This document shows, one piece after another, positions 55,958 through 64,000 of a DNA stretch of 64,000 bases. How positions within the stretch are numbered: the first letter of the stretch is position 1; each line of letters opens with the position of its first letter. The stretch is taken from assembly GCA_934699095.1 (NCBI GenBank), contig CAKUVI010000001.1, positions 320,890-384,889 on the forward strand, written 5' to 3'. The translations under genes were made by a program, and so were the position numbers. This stretch comes from an uncultured Bacteroidales bacterium. Lineage in GTDB: Bacteria > Bacteroidota > Bacteroidia > Bacteroidales > WCHB1-69. The notes below the pieces were generated by a model. That model saw nothing but the letters and a program-made list of their open reading frames with translations, ran no database searches and was not told the origin of the DNA.

Positions 55958-56706
55958 TCTTTGAGTTTGGATTTGTTGTCGATGCGTTCCCACTTGCGGA
56001 ACCAGCTGCGGATCTTGAGTCCTATGACGCCGAATATGGCTTCACGGAATATGCCAGAGCTCATTTTTGATGTTCCTAATGTTCTGTCTTTGAAGATGAT
56101 GGGAACTTCAACAATCTTGAATCCGAGTTTCCATGCAGTGAATTTCATTTCGATTTGGAAGCCGTAGCCGATATGTTTGATTTTGTCGAAATCGATGGCA
56201 TTGAGGGCACTTGCGCGGTAGCAGATAAATCCGGCGGTGGTGTCTTTTACAGGTATGCCCAGGATAACCCTGACGTACATGGAACCGTAGTATGACATGA
56301 GGAGACGTCCCATCGGCCAGTTGAGAACGTTCACGCCTTGACAGTAGCGCGAGCCTATGGCAATGTCGGCATTCTGGTTCTCGCAGGCGTCAAAGAGGCG
56401 TTGCAAGTCGTGCGGGTCGTGCGAGAAGTCGGCGTCCATCTCGAAAAGATAGTCATAGTCGCGTTTCAGTCCCCATTTGAAACCATGGATATAGGCAGTG
56501 CCTAATCCGAGCTTTCCGGAGCGTTCCTCAATGAAAAGACGTCCTTCAAATTCAGGTATCAAAGACTTAACGATGTCGGCGGTGCCGTCGGGGGAGTTGT
56601 CGTCGATGATCAGGATGTGCACGTCGATCAGGGAGAAGATGGCGCGGATGATGTTCTCTATATTTTCTTTTTCCTTGTAGGTTGGTATTATGACAAGACG
56701 TTTCAT
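55954..56706 (-). CDS. GT2 polyprenol-phosphate mannosyl/glucosyltransferase (Dpm1-like)
   Basis: VIIPTYKEKENI, IIDDNSPDGT and MDADFSHDP motifs. Confidence 0.8.
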   Translation of the reverse strand: MKRLVIIPTYKEKENIENIIRAIFSLIDVHILIIDDNSPDGTADIVKSLIPEFEGRLFIEERSGKLGLGTAYIHGFKWGLKRDYDYLFEMDADFSHDPHDLQRLFDACENQNADIAIGSRYCQGVNVLNWPMGRLLMSYYGSMYVRVILGIPVKDTTAGFICYRASALNAIDFDKIKHIGYGFQIEMKFTAWKLGFKIVEVPIIFKDRTLGTSKMSSGIFREAIFGVIGLKIRSWFRKWERIDNKSKLKD

Positions 56707-56713
56707 TATGAAA

Positions 56714-57739
56714 TTATTTTTTCGTTAAAACAATGTAAACAGGCAGGTGGTCGCTGTAGCCGCCCTGGTAGTTGCCGCCCGCGAAGGTGCGGAACGGATA
56801 ATCCATGTACGAGCCTGATTTTGTGAACATATATGATTTTCTGAGTATATGTGCCGATTGGAATTTGTATGTGTTGGGTCGAGCATTTACAAGTCCGCCG
56901 GAGATTATGATGTTGTCGAGCATCTCCCAGGAGTCGCGGTAGGCGTAGGAGCCGAATCCGTCGCGGAAGAGCTTCCACATAGGGTTAAAGAGGTCGTATT
57001 GTGTGAGGTTGTCATCTCGTTTTTGAATGTTCATTTCCTTCACGATGCAAGGTGCGGAAGGATTGTCGTTGAGGTCGCCCATGTAGATGAATTTGGCATT
57101 GGGGCGTGAGTGGAGCACCGAGTCGGCTATTTGACGTGCCAGTTGGCCAGCGGCCATGCGTCCGGGCAGGCTCCTTTTCTCGCCTCCAGATTTGGAAGGC
57201 CAGTGGTTTACGACGATATCAAGGGTGTCGGTTCCGTCGAGGATGCCGGTCATGAGCCATTGGTCTCGAGTTATGAAGTCGGGGTTGCCGGGAACGTTAA
57301 GGGGAAATGCCTTGGTCCCGAGGATCTGGAAGCGGGATGCGTCATAGAAGAAAGCCACATCCACACCGCGTCTGTCGGGAGACTCGTGATGGCATACCGA
57401 AAGATTGTAAGGTTTGAGCAGTTCCGTGGCTGCAAGGTCTTTCATTACCTGTTCATTTTCGATTTCGGAAACACCCAAAACGACCAAGCCTCCCTCCAGT
57501 TTGGCCATTTCTGATATTACTTTCGCCAAATTGTTGAGCTTCGCATGATAGCGATCCGAAGTCCATTGGTAGTCACCGTTTGGCAAAAACTGCTCGTCGT
57601 TCTTGTTTGGATCGTCGATCGTATCAAACAGATTTTCAACGTTATAAAAGCCTATAACCGCCTTGTCGCTTCTGTTTTGGGCAAAAGAGGAGACGACAAA
57701 TAGGGCGGAAAGTAGAATTATTATCGATAATCTCTTCAT
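56714..57739 (-). CDS. secreted endonuclease/exonuclease/phosphatase family protein
   Basis: Signal peptide, IGFYNVENLFD near the N-terminus, and C-terminal YSDHLPV. Confidence 0.8.
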   Translation of the reverse strand: MKRLSIIILLSALFVVSSFAQNRSDKAVIGFYNVENLFDTIDDPNKNDEQFLPNGDYQWTSDRYHAKLNNLAKVISEMAKLEGGLVVLGVSEIENEQVMKDLAATELLKPYNLSVCHHESPDRRGVDVAFFYDASRFQILGTKAFPLNVPGNPDFITRDQWLMTGILDGTDTLDIVVNHWPSKSGGEKRSLPGRMAAGQLARQIADSVLHSRPNAKFIYMGDLNDNPSAPCIVKEMNIQKRDDNLTQYDLFNPMWKLFRDGFGSYAYRDSWEMLDNIIISGGLVNARPNTYKFQSAHILRKSYMFTKSGSYMDYPFRTFAGGNYQGGYSDHLPVYIVLTKK

Positions 57740-57789
57740 CAGGATATTTTTACTGCAAAATTAAAAAATTCTGTAAAGCAAAAAGTTGT

Positions 57790-58776
57790 TTATGATTTTT
57801 TATTGAGCAAATATTGCATTATTTGTACGGCGTTGGTGGCTGCACCCTTTCTCAGGTTGTCGGCTACCACCCACAGATTAAGTGTTTTCGGTTGCGAGAG
57901 ATCGCGACGGATGCGTCCAACGAACACTTCGTCATGATTTTCAGCGAAGCGAGGCATTGGGTAGATGTTCTTGGCTGGGTTGTCCATCACAACAACTCCG
58001 GGCATGTCGTTCAGAAGCTTGAATACGTCGTCAATTTCAAAGTCGTTGTAGAATTCAGCGTTCACTGCTTCCGAGTGGCCGCCGGTGACGGGGACTCTGG
58101 CTACAGTTGCAGTAACTTGTATGTTGTTGTCTCTTAATATTTTACGTGTTTCATTCAGGAGTTTTATCTCTTCAGTGGTATAGCCGTCGTCGGTAAAGGA
58201 TCCGCCGTGAGGGAAGAGGTTGAGGTCTATCTGGTATGGATAGGCCATCTCACATGGTTCGCCCCTGCGCTCGCTCATGAGTTGGTTGACGGCTTTCATG
58301 CCTGTGCCTGTTACCGACTGGTATGTCGAAACCACCAAACGTTTTATGGTGTATTTCTTGTGGAGCGGTGCCAGAGCCATCACCATCTGTATTGTGGAGC
58401 AGTTGGGGTTGGCTATGATTCTGTCGCTGTCGGTGATGACGTCGCCGTTTATTTCAGGCACCACAAGCGGTATGTTGGGGTCGCCGCGCCACGCCGCCGA
58501 ATTGTCAATGACGGTCGTGCCGTTGGCGGCAAACAGAGGGGCATACTGCAGTGAAGCTGCACTTCCCGCTGAAAAAATGGCGAACTGAGGCTTCTGTGCT
58601 ATAGCATCCTCCACGGAGACTATGGAATATTCCTTCTCTCCGAACATGATTTTCTTTCCCACCGATTTTGAAGAGGCTGCAGGAATGAGCTCGCAATCAC
58701 CAAATCCTCTTTCTACCAATACCTTAAGCATCACGCCACCTACGAGTCCGGTGGCTCCGACAAGCGCGATTTTCAT
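57790..58776 (-). CDS. asd: aspartate-semialdehyde dehydrogenase
   Basis: MKIALVGATGLVGG Rossmann start and active-site NPNCSTIQMV. Start moved to 58776. Confidence 0.9.
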   Translation of the reverse strand: MKIALVGATGLVGGVMLKVLVERGFGDCELIPAASSKSVGKKIMFGEKEYSIVSVEDAIAQKPQFAIFSAGSAASLQYAPLFAANGTTVIDNSAAWRGDPNIPLVVPEINGDVITDSDRIIANPNCSTIQMVMALAPLHKKYTIKRLVVSTYQSVTGTGMKAVNQLMSERRGEPCEMAYPYQIDLNLFPHGGSFTDDGYTTEEIKLLNETRKILRDNNIQVTATVARVPVTGGHSEAVNAEFYNDFEIDDVFKLLNDMPGVVVMDNPAKNIYPMPRFAENHDEVFVGRIRRDLSQPKTLNLWVVADNLRKGAATNAVQIMQYLLNKKS

Positions 58777-58829
58777 CTTTGTTTTATTTTTGTTGAGAAA
58801 AATTTTATTAGATACTTGATTTTCCGCTG

Positions 58830-58837
58830 CAAATTTA
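58830..58837 (-). promoter_or_regulatory. -7 promoter box (TAAATTTG on the minus strand) for asd
   Basis: TAnnTTTG match. It sits back-to-back with the plus-strand box at 58839-58846. Confidence 0.4.
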
Positions 58838-58838
58838 C

Positions 58839-58846
58839 TATTTTTG
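58839..58846 (+). promoter_or_regulatory. -7 promoter box (TATTTTTG) for the LTD protein gene
   Basis: TAnnTTTG match 28 nt upstream of the ATG at 58874. Confidence 0.45.
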
Positions 58847-58873
58847 CAGATACAAACATAAAACAAAAATATC

Positions 58874-60604
58874 ATGATAAAACAAAAGATTCAATTATTG
58901 TCGCTGCTTGCTTTTTTTGTGCTCCTATTATTGGCTGTTGAAGCACAAACACCTTGTGTGCCAATTCGATACGATATTATCGTGTCGGAAATAATGGCTA
59001 AACCATCGCCGGAAGTCGGACTTCCGGGCGTCGAATATGTTGAACTCCACAACCGACTGCCTGAGAGATGTGTACTTCGCGACTGGAAAATACAGATTGG
59101 AAACACCGCGAAAGCACTGCCCGAGATAACTATCGACAGTTTTGGATTCGCTGTAGTTGTTGCCCAGAAGAATCTTGAAATCTTCTCTCCTTACTGTCCG
59201 AATCTCTATGCGCTATCCTCGTTGTCGATAACTGATGGAGGGCAATCATTAACTTTGATGAATGACAATAACGAGGTGATTCATCATGTGGTTTTCAAGC
59301 AAAACTGGCACAGTGAGTCCATCAAGGCGGAGGGAGGCTGGTCGTTGGAGATGATAGATTTCGGGAAGCCCTGTGCCGGGAGAGCCAACTGGAATTCCTC
59401 CAAAGACAAACGCGGCGGGACTCCTGGTGCCACCAATTCGATATGCGGCGAGCTTGTGGATGCCATACCGCCAGCGATGTGCGCCGCCACACTGCGCGAC
59501 AGTAATGTGCTCAGGGTCCATTTCAACGAAACAGTTGCCTTTTCGTTCAACCAATCAGGCCAATTGTTCCATGTGAATCCGGAAATCCCCATTTCCAAAA
59601 TCTCTGAGGTTTCCCCTGATTTCAAATCTTTGGATGTTGTCTTCACAGAACCAATCAGACAAGGTGAAATATATGGAGTTGAGATGGTAGGTGTGGTTTC
59701 CGACTGTGCGGGCAACCGATCTCTTCAAGGAGAAGAAATACCGTTCGGGGTGAATTCGGAAATCTTGCCTAAAGATTTGGTTATCAATGAGCTGCTTACA
59801 AGTTCAAAGGATGGTACTGATGCTGATTATGTTGAAATTTTCAATAATACGACGAAAATATTGGATTTGAAGGATTTGAAGATAGGGTATGGTGGGGATT
59901 CCTTGCCGAAAAAGACGATACCGGTCGCATCGCGTGGGATGCAGATGATGCCTCATACCTATGCCGTGTTATGCAAAAACCGCAAGACAACATTGCAGCA
60001 ATATGTTTGCAAAGACGAAAAAACCTTGGTCCAGTGCGATTCGCTCCCGAATTTCGCATCTAACACCGGTGTTGTTTTCTTGTGTGACAAATCATTGCAA
60101 ACGATAGACAGATTTGAGTATAATGAAGATATGCACTACAAGAAACTGTTGAGTACTAATGGGGTTTCGTTGGAACGATTGTCGTTTAACAGGGCGACTC
60201 AGGATGCAAACAACTGGTTTTCAGCTGCTTCCACCGCTGGGTTTGGTACTCCTGGATACGAAAACTCGCAATCTGCTTATCCGGAATCCGTTTTAGAATT
60301 CAGCGTGACTCCTGAGGTGTTCTCACCTGACAACGACGGATTTGAGGATTTTGCGGAGGTGAGTTGCAGGTTCCCCTCGGAGGGAGAACGGGCAAGTGTG
60401 TTTGTTTACAACGATAAAGGGCTGGTTGTTAGGAGTTTGGTTAACAATGACTTATGTGGGATTGAAAATGTCTTTATATGGGACGGATTAGACGACAGGG
60501 GGAATGTTCTGCCGCCAGGATTATATGTTGTGCAGCTTGATAGTTGGAATCCACAGACGGAGCGGCGTGGGCGCAGGCGCAGGGCCGTGGCTATTTATCG
60601 ATGA
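58874..60604 (+). CDS. lamin-tail-domain (LTD) containing secreted protein
   Basis: Two LTD-like segments (ISEIMAKPSP..VEYVELHN and VINELLTSSKDGTDADYVEIFN), plus a signal peptide. Confidence 0.7.
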   Translation: MIKQKIQLLSLLAFFVLLLLAVEAQTPCVPIRYDIIVSEIMAKPSPEVGLPGVEYVELHNRLPERCVLRDWKIQIGNTAKALPEITIDSFGFAVVVAQKNLEIFSPYCPNLYALSSLSITDGGQSLTLMNDNNEVIHHVVFKQNWHSESIKAEGGWSLEMIDFGKPCAGRANWNSSKDKRGGTPGATNSICGELVDAIPPAMCAATLRDSNVLRVHFNETVAFSFNQSGQLFHVNPEIPISKISEVSPDFKSLDVVFTEPIRQGEIYGVEMVGVVSDCAGNRSLQGEEIPFGVNSEILPKDLVINELLTSSKDGTDADYVEIFNNTTKILDLKDLKIGYGGDSLPKKTIPVASRGMQMMPHTYAVLCKNRKTTLQQYVCKDEKTLVQCDSLPNFASNTGVVFLCDKSLQTIDRFEYNEDMHYKKLLSTNGVSLERLSFNRATQDANNWFSAASTAGFGTPGYENSQSAYPESVLEFSVTPEVFSPDNDGFEDFAEVSCRFPSEGERASVFVYNDKGLVVRSLVNNDLCGIENVFIWDGLDDRGNVLPPGLYVVQLDSWNPQTERRGRRRRAVAIYR

Positions 60605-61361
60605 CATAACTCCAGCCGTCGTAGCCTAATGTGACATTTTCCGGCATCAGTTTCATGGCATTAGTGTAGAGACCCATCTCGTGAGACACGTGTGTGAGAA
60701 CAGCGTGTTTGGGTTTAACTGTCTCTATGAAGTGAAGGGCTTGTTCCAGATTGAAGTGGGAGTAGTGCTTCTTGATTCTCAATGCGTTAATGACTAACAA
60801 TTCGAGGTCTTTCAGGTGTTTTAGTTCCGAATCGGGGACGAAGCTGGCGTCAGTGAGGTAGGCTATCTTGTCGATTCTGTATCCAAGGATTGGCAGTGTA
60901 AGATGGTGGATTTGAATCGGCTGGATTTTCACATTGTTGACTGTGAATTCATCGTAGCGAACGGGGTGGAGCAGGAAAGAGGGGACACCGGGGTAGGGGT
61001 GCTCCTTGAAAGCATAGTCAAAGTCTTTGCGGATGACATTCAGCACTCGCTGCATGGCGTAGATATTGATCGGGGCTTTTTGCTTGAAGTATATCGGCCG
61101 GATGTCGTCGAGTCCGGCGAGGTGGTCTTTGTGTTCGTGGGTCACAAGGATTGCGTCAACGGAGGTTATTTTCTCGCGTAGAAGCTGCATTCTCAGGTCT
61201 GGGCCGGTGTCGATGAGAATGCGTGTTCCGTCGGTTTCAATGAAGGCGGAAGTGCGCAGGCGGTTGTCGCGAGGGTCAGTAGATTTGCATACTTCACAGT
61301 TGCAACCGATAATCGGCACGCCCTGCGAGGTTCCGGTTCCTAAAAGGGTGATTTTTTGCAT
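60591..61361 (-). CDS. MBL-fold metallo-hydrolase
   Basis: HxHxDH motif (THEHKDHLAG). Confidence 0.8.
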   Translation of the reverse strand: MQKITLLGTGTSQGVPIIGCNCEVCKSTDPRDNRLRTSAFIETDGTRILIDTGPDLRMQLLREKITSVDAILVTHEHKDHLAGLDDIRPIYFKQKAPINIYAMQRVLNVIRKDFDYAFKEHPYPGVPSFLLHPVRYDEFTVNNVKIQPIQIHHLTLPILGYRIDKIAYLTDASFVPDSELKHLKDLELLVINALRIKKHYSHFNLEQALHFIETVKPKHAVLTHVSHEMGLYTNAMKLMPENVTLGYDGWSYVIDK

Positions 61362-61374
61362 GAAGTACTAACAA

Positions 61375-61403
61375 AGCAATAACGCCACGGAGGCGTTATT
61401 GCT
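61375..61403 (-). terminator. 12 bp-stem hairpin downstream of pepD
   Basis: AGCAATAACGCC, a 5 nt loop, GGCGTTATTGCT. Only a weak U-tract (TTGTT) follows on the minus strand. Confidence 0.45.
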
Positions 61404-61427
61404 TGATGTGAATATGTTGTGATAATG

Positions 61428-62882
61428 TTATTTGAGGAGTCTGAAAAATTCTACCATGAGGTCCCAGCACATCTGCACTGTCTTGATTTCAAGTTTCTCG
61501 TCAGGAGAGTGAACACCGCGGAGTGTGGGTCCGAACGAAACCATGTCCATGTCGGGGTATTTTTCTGAGAAGAGACCGCATTCAAGGCCTGCATGGATTG
61601 CGAGAACCTGAGGATCTTTGTGGAAGATATTTTTGTAGGCGTCAACGAGGACGTTGAGGACTTTGGAGTTCGGGTTGGGGTTCCAGCCCGGATAGCCGTC
61701 AGTGTTGGTTACATCGGCTCCAACCATCCAAAATGCTGTTGAAACCTTGTCCACGATAGCCTGTTTCTTTGATTCAACAGAGCTTCTTTGGCTTGTGGTG
61801 AAGACGATCTCTTTGTCAACAACCTTCACAGAGGCCAAGTTGGTGGAGGTTTCCACGAAGTTGTCTATATCTTGAGACATGGCAACCACACCGTGGGGGC
61901 ATACAACAAGCACGTTGAGCACGTCTATTTGGAAGTTCTCCTCAAACACTTCTTTCACTTTTGCCGCAGGTTCAACGGTCACGGTCACATCCGGGTCGGT
62001 GGCATGGAACTCGTCGCGGTAGGTTTTCTCCATTGTCTTGGTGTAGTTCTTCCAATCATCCACGAGTTCTTTAGGTACTGCAACAATAGCATAGCCTTCA
62101 CGAGCGATGGCGTTTCTGAGGTTGCCGGCTTGTATGTCGGCGATGCGCAGGTCGTAGTCGCTGTAAGAGTTCCACAGGATGCGGGCCAAGAGTTTGACGG
62201 CATTGGCGCGGCCTTTGTTGATGTCGTCGCCGGAGTGACCCCCTTTGAGCCCCTTTACCTCAATCTTGAAGAATTCGCAGTCGTCCTCAGGCTTTTCGTA
62301 TTCGCAGTTTAGCTTTGCGATCGTGTCTTGTCCGCCAGCGCAACCGATGAAGAATTGGCCTTCGTCTTCGGAGTCCAGGTTAAGGAGCATTTTGCCGTTC
62401 ATAAAGCCCGCTTCAACGGCCTTTGCACCAGTAAGTCCTGTCTCTTCATCGATGGTGAAGAGGCATTCTATAGGACCATGTTCTATTGTGTTGTCGTCGA
62501 GAACCGCGAGGGCGAGTGCAACGCCGATGCCGTCGTCAGCTCCAAGGGTCGTCCCTTTTGCTTTCAACCATTCCCCGTCAATATAGGTTTCAATCGCATC
62601 TTTCTCGAAATCGAAGACCTTGTCATTGTTTTTTTCACATACCATATCCATATGTGCCTGCAAAACAACGGGAGTCACATTCTCTTTGCCAGGTGTTGCA
62701 GGTTTGGATATCAATACGTTACCAACTTTGTCTCGTTTTGTCGGGAGACCTAACTTTTTTCCGGTCTTTTCCAACCATAAAGACATTTTCTCCTCCTTTT
62801 TTGAAGGACGCGGGATCTTTGTGATTTCATTGAAATAATAAAAAACCTTTTCCGGTTTTAAGTTTAACATTTCTTCGTTCAT
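61428..62882 (-). CDS. pepD: aminoacyl-histidine dipeptidase (M20 family)
   Basis: LQAHMDMV, TIDEETGLTGA and the overall PepD length. Confidence 0.85.
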   Translation of the reverse strand: MNEEMLNLKPEKVFYYFNEITKIPRPSKKEEKMSLWLEKTGKKLGLPTKRDKVGNVLISKPATPGKENVTPVVLQAHMDMVCEKNNDKVFDFEKDAIETYIDGEWLKAKGTTLGADDGIGVALALAVLDDNTIEHGPIECLFTIDEETGLTGAKAVEAGFMNGKMLLNLDSEDEGQFFIGCAGGQDTIAKLNCEYEKPEDDCEFFKIEVKGLKGGHSGDDINKGRANAVKLLARILWNSYSDYDLRIADIQAGNLRNAIAREGYAIVAVPKELVDDWKNYTKTMEKTYRDEFHATDPDVTVTVEPAAKVKEVFEENFQIDVLNVLVVCPHGVVAMSQDIDNFVETSTNLASVKVVDKEIVFTTSQRSSVESKKQAIVDKVSTAFWMVGADVTNTDGYPGWNPNPNSKVLNVLVDAYKNIFHKDPQVLAIHAGLECGLFSEKYPDMDMVSFGPTLRGVHSPDEKLEIKTVQMCWDLMVEFFRLLK

Positions 62883-62923
62883 GACAATTAATGATTAGGT
62901 TTGTTGATTTCTCTTAAACGTTG

Positions 62924-62931
62924 CAAAGATA
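62924..62931 (-). promoter_or_regulatory. -7 promoter box (TATCTTTG on the minus strand) for pepD
   Basis: TAnnTTTG match 42 nt upstream of the ATG at 62882. Confidence 0.5.
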
Positions 62932-63402
62932 CGAAAATTGTTTAATCTGATGTTTTTGTTTAAATCAACAAACTGAAGTCTTGTATAGACTATTTTTCCT
63001 TCAAAGGGACAAATAATGTGATCCTTATGGATTTGTGATGATGAAGGAGATCCCATGATTCGAAATGGGATTGTTACAAGCAATAATTGTCACCGTTGCG
63101 AAACACGGTGCCGATTGGGGTGTTGTCAGCAGGTCGCGAATTGAGTCTCCCTTTCTCCTCGAATAGTAAATTTCCAATGCTTAAATCCTATTCGGATATT
63201 TGCGAGATTATGTCAAGCCTTTCTAACATAGTGTATTGGATGGAATCATAAAACTGCTGGTCTCGTTTTTCACGTTTCACAATCATTTCCCTGCGGAAAT
63301 TATCCATCCTTTTCTGTATCATCACGAACCACACTGGACAAGGATGGACAAACGCAGGAGACATGCCATATATGCAACACGTTCGCTTTCAAATACAGTG
63401 TG

Positions 63403-64000
63403 TCAACGAATCTGAAACAAGGACCATTCTGGCCATTCAAGGATACAAGAAAAGGCATATCCGTTGTCCCCATAATCATTAGATGTTGCCAGAATGTCAA
63501 CTGTAATATTGGGATTATATACAGCATGAAAAAAGTTTTGAGCTTCATCGGAAAGGTCTGAATATTCTCTATCGAATGAGGTGCTCAAGTAACTGTCGGT
63601 TCCTAATGACAAGTTTGTGTTTTCTGAGCTTGCCCACTTGTCGAGTTCTTGATAGTAGGCTATTGCAGCAGAACCAGCTTCATCATCATGTGTCCATATC
63701 TTTTCCCATCCGGATCCACCAACCTAACAGGGTTATTCGCGCAATACACGTACGGGCTCAATGACGGATATTTGTCACTCATCGGGTCCACACTCAGCCA
63801 AATGGACAGCTCGCTGCTGTAATACCTTGCGTCAAAGTAAGATAGACCGGTTTCGTGGTCGCGTTCCTTGGCGGAGAAGGTGTAAGTGCAATTAGGAGTT
63901 GGGAATGAGGAATTAGGAATTGGGACGCTTGTGGCGGATTGTAGGGCGCGGCATGAAGACGGGCGCACACATTCTGCGGGAATCTGCGCGGTCTGCGGGG
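63403..64000 (-). pseudogene. RHS repeat-associated core domain C-terminus (5' end outside the window) with a frameshifted ~100 aa C-terminal tip
   Basis: FSAKERDHETGLSYFDARYYSSELSIWLSVDPMSDKYPSLSPYVYCANNPVRLVDPDG is the RHS core/DPxG hallmark. That frame stops 14 codons later at 63660, while the -1 frame is open from 63723 to 63403. Confidence 0.75.

Noticed and set aside
63188-63322. A 44-codon minus-strand ORF (MIQKRMDNFRREMIVKREKRDQQFYDSIQYTMLERLDIISQISE) considered as the RHS immunity gene.
   Set aside because: It is too short and featureless to support as a feature. It is mentioned only as something to test in the RHS finding.

Overview
This 64 kb window reads as a chromosomal segment of a Bacteroidota genome, probably Bacteroidales. 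That placement is an inference from three things: TAnnTTTG -7 promoter boxes upstream of most transcription units, a GldH gene plus a T9SS C-terminal sorting domain, and many Bacteroidota-typical DUF lipoproteins. Most of the window is housekeeping: acpP-fabF-rnc, a DUF3276-parA-parB-DUF5683 cluster, yidC, a glycogen operon (debranching enzyme, GT4 synthase, GH57, maf), folC, exbB-exbD-tonB, ftsK, cysS, one tRNA-Thr(CGU), asd, mpl and pepD. No rRNA, CRISPR array, integrase or transposase is visible.

The stand-out is a minus-strand, translationally coupled cassette at about 38754-43482. It encodes a class I SAM methyltransferase with no DNA-MTase catalytic motif, a compact UvrD-like SF1 helicase, a 579 aa protein with no recognisable domain, and a 256 aa zinc-ribbon protein. 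It is visibly AT-rich and runs with a 4 nt spacer straight into a GC-normal DUF1848 (radical-SAM-like) gene. A ~330 nt leader carrying a promoter box, a perfect 22 bp palindrome and an intrinsic terminator 18 nt before the first ORF precedes it. I do not recognise this architecture as any named defence system and propose it as a candidate novel defence or nucleic-acid-surveillance system.

Secondary observations:
- a solitary 460 aa protein with two PD-(D/E)xK-like nuclease modules;
- an RHS core-domain fragment whose toxin tip is displaced by a 1 nt frameshift in an A4 run;
- two hairpin-dense intergenic blocks, one containing a MITE-like segment.
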